IMG/VR virus record: IMGVR_UViG_3300036770_005137 | Location: 1-63,273 of that record | DNA from: a virus | Taxonomy: Duplodnaviria > Caudoviricetes | DNA length: 63,273 nucleotides | Reading direction: 5' to 3' (one strand) | Shown here: one piece after another, positions 35,324 to 47,300 of the stretch | Position numbering within the stretch: the stretch's first letter is position 1 | How the letters are laid out: the number at the start of each line of letters is the position of its first letter | Program-made: the position numbers and the translations under genes | Notes under the pieces: model-generated | What the model saw: the letters and a program-made list of their open reading frames with translations, nothing else | Told to the model about the DNA's origin: nothing | Databases searched by the model: none

Positions 35324-37668
35324 TAGCTAAAACGTCCAGTAAAAATAATATAGTTTATTGTTAAGTAAGGATTTAAAACATTAAATGGCTGTCCCAACGT
35401 AACTGAATTTACTCCTCCAGTGTCTGTCAACAATGCACCAGTTGATGAAAAAGGTGGCACAGATTGACTATATAACACACCGCTTTGTCCACTTGAAACA
35501 GTTGTAGAAGGATTTATAACTGCGGCAAATTGAGTATTGTTTGGGCTTTGTAAATCATGTGAATGCTCTGGCAAATTAGAAGCTGCTATTGTGGTAGACT
35601 CGGAACCTCCTTCTCCTCCAATAGAATCACCTGTAGCAGAAGTTATTCTGTTAGCAGATGTTCCAACGGTAGCAATATAGGACGACACTGCAATAGCAAT
35701 AAAATTTATACTCCCAACTGTATTTGCAGAAGACGTAGTAATCGTAATCTGTGTTGAAGAATTTATACTGTTAATAATTGCTGTGCCACCAAAAGCGCCA
35801 GATCCAGAAACCTTTTGTAACGTCATTCCTACAACTAGTCCCACGGTAGTATTCATTCCAGTTATAGTTGTAGTGGTTGCTGTAGAAGATATAACTCCAC
35901 TTAAATTTGATACTTGTGTAGAAGATTCGGGCACTTCAATACCATTATTCATAGTATCTCTACCTAAGGCAAATCGTCCTCTAAGATCAGGTAGCTTGAA
36001 TGTTCCTGCACCCTGAAGCGGACCATTCACGTAAGTATTACCTATTATAGAATATAATTCAGGATACTCTGAACGCAATATTTCTGCACCATCACATAAT
36101 AGATATCCATTTGGAGCTGTTGCTCCAGCAAAAGGCATAATTCCTCCTATAGGAACAGTTGCTACTTTTGAAAATAATTGTGTTCTAGTAGTTTTCTTTA
36201 GTGTGTTTGATTGGTAGACTAAAAATAAATCGTCAGGTTGCTGAGTAACACCGGTAATCTCTGACTTGTTATAGATAAATTCAGGATCAATTTCTACAGT
36301 AAAAACCTTTGTAGTGCCTCCTGTTGCTCCATCGAACACGACCGGACTAGATGTGGTCACATCTCCAGCTATACTAAAACTTGTAGGACTAGCTAATTGA
36401 GTAGCCGAACCGCTTATGCTTCCTGTATAAACACCTGTAAAATTGCCTATAAACTGGGTAGTTCCTGCTTGATTTCCAACAACATCTGCATAGACTCTAT
36501 TAAAAGATTTGTTTGTATCACCTAGATTAAAAGTAGAAGTAGTAGTAGGAACTATTGTTTTAACAGTAGCAGTTCCGTTTATAGTTGTATCTGATCCTAC
36601 AAATAGTTTTTTAGCAATACTTACACCACCTGAAGTTTTAAAACTACCAGTTAAGTTTGTAGTGCTTGTGTTAGATGCAATGTCACTGTCTGATACCAAA
36701 GTCAATGTATCTGTTACTTTAACTGTTCCTACTACGTCTAAGGATGCTAATGGAGCAGGATTGTTAACTCCTACGCTGCTACCTTTTAAAGTTAATACAT
36801 CATTGACGTTTGGACTAGTTAATGTTTTAAAAGTTATGCTTGATCCATCGGTGTTATTATATACAACTAAAGCTCCGGTGTTTGTTGCAGTGATCGAAGC
36901 ACTATTATTACTTCCTAAGGTTAGTCCTGCATCATTCCTGATTGATAGTCCAAAATCAGTGTAACTTGCCTGATCGGACCTTAAAAATTTGCTGCTGTCA
37001 ACTGTAACTGATCCTACTACCAAAGCATTAGCTTTTTCAGCAGTTCCCCATAATTTATTTGCGGTGCTTGCAACAAATGTCTTAGAGCTTATATTAGCAC
37101 CTGGATTTATTTCTGAAAATCCTTCAATCGTAAGCTTTGGTATAAATTTATCTTTACTTAAAATTAAAACTGTTTCTCCGCTTACTACTAATCTTATAAT
37201 AGTTCTCGAAACATTTAATGTATCAATTACTTGTTCAATCACAGGACCACTATTAAGCCCTTCGCTAAACTGAGGTCCAACTAAAATCCATGTAGCACCT
37301 GACCAAAAATACAACTGTTTGTTGGTCAAATCAACCCATAGATCACCTATATTTTTATTAATTGGCGCAGTGTAAGATTTTATAACATTACCAGCAGGAA
37401 CATAATTTTGTCCGTCAAAAACTTTTGTTTGATTATTGGCAGTATCATACCACATCTGTCCGACAATAGATTTTCCAGTTGGCGGCTGTGTAGGGCTAGC
37501 AAAGTTTTCTAACAGATGTAGAAAATTTTCTGCAATCGCTGAACCATAACCTGGATAATTTTTACCTAATAGTTTAAGACTTGTGCTATCATTAAAATAT
37601 CCATCAGGAATAGTTAACGAGCTACCTCTTGGGTTTTGCGGGTTAGTAAACGGAATAGTATATGGCAT
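35323..37668 (-). CDS. tail fibre protein with phage tail collar domain
   Basis: Collar motif PIGGIMPFAG...NGYLLCDG...FKLPDLRGRF; C-terminal NPYLTINYIIF. Confidence 0.85.
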   Translation of the reverse strand: MPYTIPFTNPQNPRGSSLTIPDGYFNDSTSLKLLGKNYPGYGSAIAENFLHLLENFASPTQPPTGKSIVGQMWYDTANNQTKVFDGQNYVPAGNVIKSYTAPINKNIGDLWVDLTNKQLYFWSGATWILVGPQFSEGLNSGPVIEQVIDTLNVSRTIIRLVVSGETVLILSKDKFIPKLTIEGFSEINPGANISSKTFVASTANKLWGTAEKANALVVGSVTVDSSKFLRSDQASYTDFGLSIRNDAGLTLGSNNSASITATNTGALVVYNNTDGSSITFKTLTSPNVNDVLTLKGSSVGVNNPAPLASLDVVGTVKVTDTLTLVSDSDIASNTSTTNLTGSFKTSGGVSIAKKLFVGSDTTINGTATVKTIVPTTTSTFNLGDTNKSFNRVYADVVGNQAGTTQFIGNFTGVYTGSISGSATQLASPTSFSIAGDVTTSSPVVFDGATGGTTKVFTVEIDPEFIYNKSEITGVTQQPDDLFLVYQSNTLKKTTRTQLFSKVATVPIGGIMPFAGATAPNGYLLCDGAEILRSEYPELYSIIGNTYVNGPLQGAGTFKLPDLRGRFALGRDTMNNGIEVPESSTQVSNLSGVISSTATTTTITGMNTTVGLVVGMTLQKVSGSGAFGGTAIINSINSSTQITITTSSANTVGSINFIAIAVSSYIATVGTSANRITSATGDSIGGEGGSESTTIAASNLPEHSHDLQSPNNTQFAAVINPSTTVSSGQSGVLYSQSVPPFSSTGALLTDTGGVNSVTLGQPFNVLNPYLTINYIIFTGRFS

Positions 37669-37669
37669 C

Positions 37670-38278
37670 TTATACCTCGCTTAACCCTGTAAGACTTTGA
37701 ATTCTTACTGTATAATCTATTTGAATTAAACGATTTAGACTCTTTTGTACGGGATGAAATATAACGTGTGTTAATAATCTACCATCGCCGTCTGGATCGT
37801 AAGATTCTAATCCTAGCTCGTCAAACACATAGGTTCCATTGTTATTCGAAGTATTATCAAATGCTTCTTGATCCGATGGCTCACCATAATCTAACAAACA
37901 GGTAACAAATACATCTGTATAGTTTTTTCCTGTTGTGTGTCTTGTTTCTATCTTATTTCTAATAGGATCATTATTAACTACAGCCCTGTCATCGACCACT
38001 TTAGCATAAGTTTTATTGTATAAACTAGCATTAGTTCCTGTGCTGTTTGGTGTCAAGTATGTAATAATTCCAGTATCATTGACAGTGGTTCCACCATTGC
38101 CAAATGCCAATTTGTATATGAATCCTTGTCCGGCATTAGCAAGGCTTTCTGCAAGAGCGATACTCATATTTTCATAATGAATAGCATTACGTTTATTAAT
38201 AAAAATATCACCAGATTCAGGGTCAAATATCTTGATATGCCCTTCTATGTGTAATCCTGTCAAATCTTTTCCGTTCAT
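37670..38278 (-). CDS. baseplate/tail-fibre attachment-associated structural protein
   Basis: AFGNGG, FDELGL and HVIFHPVQKS; lies between the giant baseplate gene and the fibre genes. Confidence 0.55.
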   Translation of the reverse strand: MNGKDLTGLHIEGHIKIFDPESGDIFINKRNAIHYENMSIALAESLANAGQGFIYKLAFGNGGTTVNDTGIITYLTPNSTGTNASLYNKTYAKVVDDRAVVNNDPIRNKIETRHTTGKNYTDVFVTCLLDYGEPSDQEAFDNTSNNNGTYVFDELGLESYDPDGDGRLLTHVIFHPVQKSLNRLIQIDYTVRIQSLTGLSEV

Positions 38279-38296
38279 AGTTAATTCTCGCTCTAA

Positions 38297-38303
38297 TATT
38301 TAT
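38297..38303 (-). promoter_or_regulatory. T4-like late promoter motif
   Basis: Minus strand ATAAATAT immediately after the stop of the giant gene. Confidence 0.55.
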
Positions 38304-41300
38304 TATTTGGGATATTCTGGGTAAAATGTTGCAACTTGAACTATAAATTTAGCTTGAACCGTGCTAGAATCTTGTAATGCTGTGTCTACAGAATCTTCCC
38401 AGATAGCACCGGTTTTCTTAACTACTAACACTTCTACATTCTCAGGCACGTTGCTAGATAAGCTGATATTATTACCAGATACAGTAAACTCTGAGGAAAT
38501 ATTTACGTCATCGCCTTCTGGGCTGTAAGGATATCCGTTTGAATAATCAAACATATCATAGCTAGATTTCCGTAATCTTAAACCGCCAACAAAAACTTCT
38601 ACGCCATCATTATCAGTCTGAGTTGTGAACTCTTTAGATTCAACAGTAGGGTCAAAACTTACAGAAATAGAACTTGTAGGTTCGCCTATAACACGTTCAA
38701 TTTTTTGAACATCTTGATAAGGAACGGTTTCTGAACTACCTAAATTAATCACTAAGGAATCTGCCCTGTGAATCGTAGGAGCACCTGTGCCTAAGGTCCC
38801 CCTTCTTAATTTAGATAAACTATTGCCTACCTTTTGAAAATATTCTATTCTTTCACCGTTAATTTCAATTATACCTGGAATATTTAAACCTACATCAGGA
38901 ATATCTAAGACAGAACCGTCAAATACTTCAATTGTTAAATCATTCTGTCGTAAATCTTGTGTTAAACGAGTTGTCTTTGATTTGTTAAGTCGTTTATAAT
39001 GGAATCTATTCAGCATATCCTTAAACTGCATAAATCCGTAACCTTCAATGCTCTCTCCAGAACCAAATGTTATAACATCTAATATGTCTGTAGATATTAC
39101 ATTATTAGCTAGAACAACTTGCTGAAAATCATTATCTAGGTAAAAATCTATACTATGAGTTAATAGCTTATTATTTTTTATTATCCAAACATAGTCATCA
39201 ACTTTTACTGGTCTAAACAATTTAAATCTACGACCTTGTAAATTCCTATATCTATAATAGTCAGGAGTATCAATGTCTAGTGCGGCAGAACTAGTAATAG
39301 ATTCTTGTGTTCTTACGATATCTAATATATCGTGATTATAAAAACTAATAACCTCAATATAATCAGTATTTAAAGGAGCAGATGCAAATACAATGCTTGG
39401 GCTTGAACTTGTGCTATCAATCCTATATTGTGAATTTGTTAGATTAGAAACAATTAAGATACCATCTTCTACATAGGTATTAGTATTCAATATAACACTA
39501 AACCCAGTTAGGTCTAATGTATAATCTAAACCAACTTGCAATAAGCTACCATTTAGATAAACTTTAATTTTACTAGCGTCAATAGTTCCTGGGAGCTGTT
39601 CATACTTACTCATAGTATAGATTAACACATTTCCTGACAATGTAAAATACTCATTTAAAGAAGGGTTTAAAATTTCTCCATTCTTAATAACTAAAACATT
39701 GCTAGATAAAGGATCCTTAACTCCAACCATATTAACTAAGGGAAATTCTACTGTGCTTCCATCAGCAGAAATCTGCTCAGATTTAACTATAGATGCTGAA
39801 TAATTTTGATCATCAGTTATCATATAGGTTATTAAACTGTTAGCAGTAGGAGCTAAACCAAATCGAATACCTACTCGGTAGATAGCAGCATACTCGGAGT
39901 CTGTTTCAAAAACTTCGTAGTCCACTGACTGTCCATTTACTAGAACAATATGCCCTAGATTTTCTGTAAACAACGCAGACGTAACAAACTCAACTGTTGA
40001 GCCGTCTGCTACAAAATGATCCAAATCTAGTATCTTTTCCGAAACATAGCCCATACTAATAACACTTACCACACTTCCTGCTGTAGGAGCAGTTGTGAAA
40101 CTAATATTTTTTGTATACCAATCAAAAGTATAATCAACATTTTGTTTCTTAATTTCGTATCCTACTTTAACAATTACTGCACTGGTATTTTGTGGGATTT
40201 GTAGCGCACTGAAATCTTCAGTAGATCCATCTGCTATATAATTTTTGAAAAATATTTTTGCAGAAGTGCTTGTTGGCAACTGAAATACCTTTAATGCTAG
40301 AGCATCAACTACTTGTCCTGGAACCACTTCTTCTGGAGCATAGCTAGTTGTAGGAGTAATTAGTCCATCGCCGTCCACTATTACTTCAGAAGGGTCAACT
40401 CCTGTTGCTGTGGTATAAGCTAGATTGCCGCCTTGCAATTGAGTGTCATAGTCGTCTGGTTTAGGACTCTTACTTCCATCACTGGTGTTTTTCCTAAAAA
40501 TAATCAAATCACCGGGCTCTAAATCTAACGGAGGATTATTTGTAGGATTAGGCAGTATATACGCAGATGTTATACCATCACCAATAATCGTTTGCATTAC
40601 AGCATTTAAATTTGTAACTGGATTGGGTGTTCCAAAATTAGGATCATCTAATCTAATTTCAGTATACTCATTCAGAGCAGAAATAATCGGTCTCTTTAAA
40701 TATACATTAATCTGCTGTCCTGCTTGAGGAACATAGTTAAACTCAAAGGGACCATAGGAACTTGACTGATCAATTTCAAATATTTGATCTTCGAATCCCT
40801 CATCCTCTTCACCCCAGAAGCCATCGCCCCAATTATCACTGTCCCATCCACCGGTTCCAACAAAATTAATAAGTCCTTGTATGTCAACACCACCGTAATC
40901 TATACCTGTCATTAACTGATTAAAATCATTGCCCAACATTCCTACAGTAGGATCATAATAGTGTTTAATTCTGTCTAATGCATTTAGATGTTCAAATCCC
41001 ACAATGTAATTTATAACTATCACATCATTTCTAGCAGGAGCAGTTTCAAATGTTAAAACTCCATAATAACTAGTAAATCCTTTGACACTAGTTGTTTTAA
41101 CAATTAAACTACAGCTATCTTTTAACACATCTATTCCGTTAATAGTTACAGAATAAGAATTGCGTTCTGTTCTAGCAGCATATTTTAAAACAAATTGCAA
41201 CTGACTTCCTGTCCCTTGGAACGTTTCTGTTATAGTTATATCTTGAATAGGATTAGACTTTGTTGTTCTATCAAACTTCATTGATACCTTGTTAGACCTG

Positions 41301-44300
41301 ACAACCTCCGACTCTATTACTGCCACTGCTCGAGCAGCAACTCCTGTTGAACTTAGTCCACCATCAATGATAACTTCTGGCACAGAAAGATACCCTGAAC
41401 CGTAGTTAGTAATTTGAATTCGATTTAGTTTTCCTACACTAACATAGGCCTTGGCCTGTGCTTGTATTTTAGAATCGCCGTTAATTCTCACAACAGGATT
41501 TGAAATATAACCCGAGCCACCGTCAACAATCACTAGGTCAATTATCTTAAAACCAACATTATCTCTCCAATGTTTCCAAGGATACTCACTTAACTTAGGA
41601 TTCAATGAAGAGTCATCTGATATGTTTAAATTAATGTTAGCAACTTGATATAGGTCGTTGACATATGGAGGAATATCAAAATCAGTAACTGACATTCGAC
41701 TTTGTTCAAGTCTATTATATGAACTCACAAATTCTCTAATTTTTGTTCTGTAAGGCTTAACTTCTTTAATATAATCTTCAAAGTTATCTAAACTGTCATT
41801 TTTATAAGTTACCTTTTGCTTTAATTCTCCTAGATTATGCTTACTCTTAACAAAGCTAGTCTTAGTAACCCAATCGACAAATGGTTGTTCATAAAGAACA
41901 TATCTTAAACTATTAAAGAACAAATTAAGATAATCAGGGTATAAATCGTCGACTAATATCTTTGTCTTTAACACATTCAAAATAATCCTTAATTCTTGAA
42001 CTGGAACATTGTCATAATACTGGCTATCATACAAATGATTATCATAACCAACTACGTCTACAGAAAAGTCATAAAGTGATTGTAAAAATTGAATCGTTCC
42101 GGCTTGTCTACCTATGACATTATAATTCTCAGTATAATCAAGTGTAACTTTATCATTATACTTTTCTAGTAGCAACCATCCTCCGGAACCCACGTTTTCT
42201 ACTTTTACAACCTGTCCTATTTCTGCGTATAGTGTATACAATCCGTAAGTGTTCGTTACTAGATGATCTATTTTTGTAAACTGGTTATAACCTGTTTCAT
42301 ACCAATCTATATATTTCCAGTATCTAGTAGTATCATAGCCTTGACTCTTAACCTTTTCATAAGAACTTAGTTGCTGGTTATATGAATACACAGACCAAGA
42401 ACCTGAGACATTCACATCCGATTTAACTAAGACTGCAAAATTTCTAATTGTTAGAGCTGTATCAATTAGGTATCCTTCACCGGAATTTATAACTTGAACA
42501 CCTGTTACTTGTCCTAGGTTGTTGATAGTAGAACGTAACTTTGCACGTTTTCCTATACCTTGAACTTCGATATAAGGGCTATTCTTATAACCATATCCTG
42601 GAGAAACAATACTAATATCTACTATTCTTCCATTGTCTATTACTGGCTCTAAAACAGCTGGAGTAACCAATGATGTATTAATAAATCTTAATTCATCTAC
42701 TGTATCTACAGACTCGTCCCATTCTCCACTAGATGCAGAAGGGGCAATTTCTTTTAAGAACAAATCGGAAATATCATAATCATCAACAATAATATGCTTT
42801 TTCATTACAGAATTAACAGACTCAATTAACTGTTTTAAAGCTTCTAATCTATTAACAAACATACCTTGTCGAGGACGATTCGATATGCCATATCGTTTCT
42901 TCAAATTCAGTTTAAGATTAGGAATTACTCTGTCAAAATCATCTTTTCCTAACAGACTATCTAGCCATTTCTTTTCTATTTCAACAGGTATTATTGTTTT
43001 TTCATGATTGCTAATAAGCTTCCATTGGCTATGTTTGTTTGATTTAGTAAGGTGATCATCGACTGTCCAGTATTCGATATTCAAATTAGTTTTGTCAGCC
43101 TTGACAAATCTTGCAAGATTAACTAATATAAAAGTATTAGATCCTGTAAATGATATACAAGGATAACCCTGTGCTACTGGATCCGAAATTAGCTTAGAAA
43201 CATCACTAGCACTAAGCTTTCTATCTTGCACATTAGGAATGATAGTTGGATTTTTTACCCAATAGTAGTAAACATTCTTAAATGACTGGCTAGTGACATC
43301 GTAAGACTGTCTAATACTATAAACAGTGTTACCATATTTAGAAACACCACTAATGCCTAAACTATCTCCCTTTTCTGTTCCTGATAGTGTATCCCATTCG
43401 CTGGGCTTATACTTAGTTTCTACCCATTCATATATGTCAATACTAGCAGTTTCATATAGTTGATTCCAATTTGACGAACGATAAACAGTGTTACCTAAAT
43501 TATTTTCTATAAATTTAGCTTTAGTAAGATCCCACCAAAGCATACCAACATACTGTTTGTTCCATGCTTGGCCTTCATCAACATTAACTAGCTCAGATCC
43601 TATAGAATAAGTTGCAGGGTCATAAAAAGTTTTAAATCTAATTTCCTGATCAGCTATACCTACTACTTTACCTTGAGCTACATCAACTACGTCTAGATAC
43701 TTGAGTAGTTCATTACTTTCAGTGTCATACAAGTAAACTTTTTTGAAACGTGAACTTATAATTTTATCAGCTTGTTGATACTTTTTAGTCCAACTAAATG
43801 TATTAGGTTGTTTATAATAATTAAAGATTACACCTAAATTTGTAAAGTTATCAACATCTTCTCTTATACTACTTACAAGTATAGAGTTAGACCCTACGCC
43901 TATAGAATACCCGTATCTATCAGTTAAATCAGTCCCAGAATCAGTAGACAAGCTTTCTCCGTAAATATAATTTTCACTATACTTGTCATAAACATCTACT
44001 CTACCAGAATTAAACTTAATATCATTAAATCTTAAAGTATTGTTATCAAAGGTCGTTGCTGCTTGGTCGAAGGTAGAATAATTATTAACATCACCGTTCA
44101 CTGCAAATATTACTAAAGTTTGATCATTGTTCATAAACTTTACATAATATCCAAAGCTTTCAAATGATGTCAGGAAGTTGCTCTTTATAGTCTGAGATTT
44201 AACATACCCACTTTCTGTTAATTTGTAGACATCAACCTTTCCACTATTCACTAAAACTGAATCATCATCAATCGCTCCCGCAGCTATAGTAGCTCCGTCA

Positions 44301-47300
44301 TCAGAGATAGATAAACTAAAACCAAGTTGTGTAGATTGGTTATCAGTAATTACTTGCTCTTTATCGTATCCACCACTAACTCTAGAATAAACAAAAACAG
44401 AATTAATATCAGGAGCACCTACAACTAAAACAGCTCCTTGACCTGATAAATCAATTGATTGTCCATACCTGCAAACACCTATATTCGGCTCTTTTATGTT
44501 CTGAGTAAGGACCCATTGAGCATCACTATCTTCTGTAATATTATAGACAAACACTTCATCGACCGACGGAACAGCAACAGCGCAGACATATTGATCAAGT
44601 TCCTTAGTCAATACTATCACAGATCCAAATTGTTTATTCACCGCTACAGGACTTGTAATAGTTTGAAAATATAAGAATTCTCCGTAAACATCATTCTTTT
44701 TGTAAAAATGTATTACCTCACTTGTAGAAATAAATTTCTCAGAAACAGCTAACCATAACCCATCGTCACTTAATGAAACATTGTTAGCAAATTCTAATGA
44801 AGTTGTATTAAAACTCGTTATTGTATGCTGTTGTCTCCATGAACCATTGCCTACGTTTTTATAAAATATAGTAATTTGATTTTGATCTGCAATGGCAGAT
44901 GTGCTTCCATTTTTTGATACTGCTATAGATTTACCGATTAGTAAATTATCTTCTTGTAAATTAAAATTAGAGACATAACTTCTATCATATACTGCATTAT
45001 ATTGATAAACTGTGTTTTTATTTGAACCGTCATTATCAACCCAAAGCAATTCATTAGTTTTTATATAATCTGGAATATAATTATTAGCATTATCAATATG
45101 ATCTATTCTAGATTCTTTAAATTCATAAATCAGACAGGCACTACTGTCTGCATTGATATCTTTTTCCCATTTGTCAATCGTTTTTGTGATAAAAATACTT
45201 CTTCCTGTGATACTAGTAATCTTATAAAAGCCTTTTATAATATCTACATTATCAATACCAATAATCTGATTAGGCGATAAAGAAGGTATAGACTCTGCTA
45301 TAAGAATAAGACTTCCATTTTTATATTGAACTGATTCTAATTTTAGATTTACCTTGGTAAATCTATAAACACTCCACAGCTTAGGAGGTGATAAAAATGC
45401 TGTCCAAACATAGTCTCCTTCAGTGAATAAATCGATCTCTTTAGTTAATATTTCATCAAGCGTATCTAAGTTTAACTTAACATCGTTATATCTAACATAA
45501 CCCGGAGTGCGTAAAAATTTCTTAACTTCTCCTGTTGGCCATATATTTTCATTGTATCCTATAGGCTTGATATAAACAGAAGAAGATTTTATTCTGTATA
45601 CAAAGTCAGGATCATCGACAATTTCTTCTGTGAGTTCGACCGGTTGAGGATTTAGATTTATCATCGACTCATTTAAATTGAACTCTATTTCATCATAGAC
45701 TGCACTTGCTCCGTAAGTTCCTACTCTTACAGCCCATTCTTCGTTAAATGTTAAACTCTCCTGATTATCAGAACTTAAAACATCAAACAATTTGTTCAAA
45801 ACATTTTGAGTTCCTTTTTCAGCAATCATTCCTTGATAGAACTTATACTGGCTAATATCGTCGTTAATAATATTTTGTAAGTATTGACGCTTCTGATATC
45901 CAATTAAATGTTGTGCTAATTTTTGCTGCTCTACATCAAAATTATCACTGTCTAAATCATAATAATCTGTAAATTGTTCGGCTTTATAATCCCAGTTTGG
46001 TAATAGTTGGCTTACTGGTTTTTGATCTAATATTATCCAATCTTCTTCATTTAACAACTCTGTGCCGGGTAAAAATTTAGAGGCACTGTAGTAAAAATCT
46101 TTATAAAAAACTATATCACCTAGATTATAATCTGTCCATGGTTGCCAATCTACGATCCTAGCTTCGTCATAGATAAATCCTGGAATATTAAATCCGCCAT
46201 TCCAATCAGTAGTTATGTATCCTTGAATTTTTAATTTTTCATGTCTATAACCAGGCTCAAGATCGTAAATAACATCATTGAACAACGTGTTATTATCTAA
46301 TAATATAACATGTTCCTTCTGCACCAATCTTAATACAGCTCCGTATATTCCATGATTTGTAGAACTAGGAGTAAGATTAAACGAGTTATCCTCTCTATAG
46401 CTATTGACAAAATTATCATCTAATAATTCGCCGTCAACTCTAAAAATCTTATAACCATAAAAACTATCTTTGATATTATCAATAACTGAAATATCAGAAG
46501 AAAAATTTAAATTATTTGCAGCAGGACTAATACTCAAAGCACTACCCGCTGCCCAATTCTGAGTAGTCCAAAATGCAAACTCTTTCGCACTTGTTTCCCA
46601 ATTCTCAACTAGTTTCAAATTAGAATTATAATCGTCAAACTTAAATCCTTGAGATTCTAAATAGGCACCATAACCTAAAATAAAATCTACAACATCTTGT
46701 ATAGAATAAAATTTTGTTCCATAACTTACAATATTTTCAATTCTATCAGAAAAGTCTTTTCTAATAAAAATATCACGACCGCCTATTAAAGGTAAACGAT
46801 TTAATTTTGTATACAGCGAGTTATCAAAAAACGTTTCTGTAGTATGCGAAATTTTAACACGATAATAAACATTATTATAATTTACAAGCTGACCAGCGAG
46901 GTATCGTTGTCCCGAATCCCAATTAATATAACTTTCTGAGATTCCTCCAACATTAACTTCGCGTCCTGCTTTAATATAGGAATAATACTTAAAGTATGGC
47001 TGGTCTTTGTTATAACCTCTAACTTCATAACCATCTGCATATTTTGTTATCAATATTCCACTATAAATTAATTCTTTAGTAGGACTGCTTTTATTGAAAA
47101 ATATCTTATAATTTTCATCAGGGACAAATATTCCTGAAGTGCTATTAGGGTTTTTACTTTCTAAAATAATTTTGCATTTTTCTTGACTTGTAAATCCTCC
47201 AAGCCTAATAGCAAGTTTATTTGTAATAGAGTCTAATTGAAACTTAAGTTTTAAAATCGGCTCTTCTAATTCTACACTAATATTATTAACAATATAATTT

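Noticed and set aside
34716-37273. Several plus-strand ORFs (up to 151 aa) antisense to the fibre genes
   Set aside because: They are expected from the codon bias of Gly/Ser/Thr-rich sense genes and have no independent support. The same applies to the other short antisense ORFs across the window.
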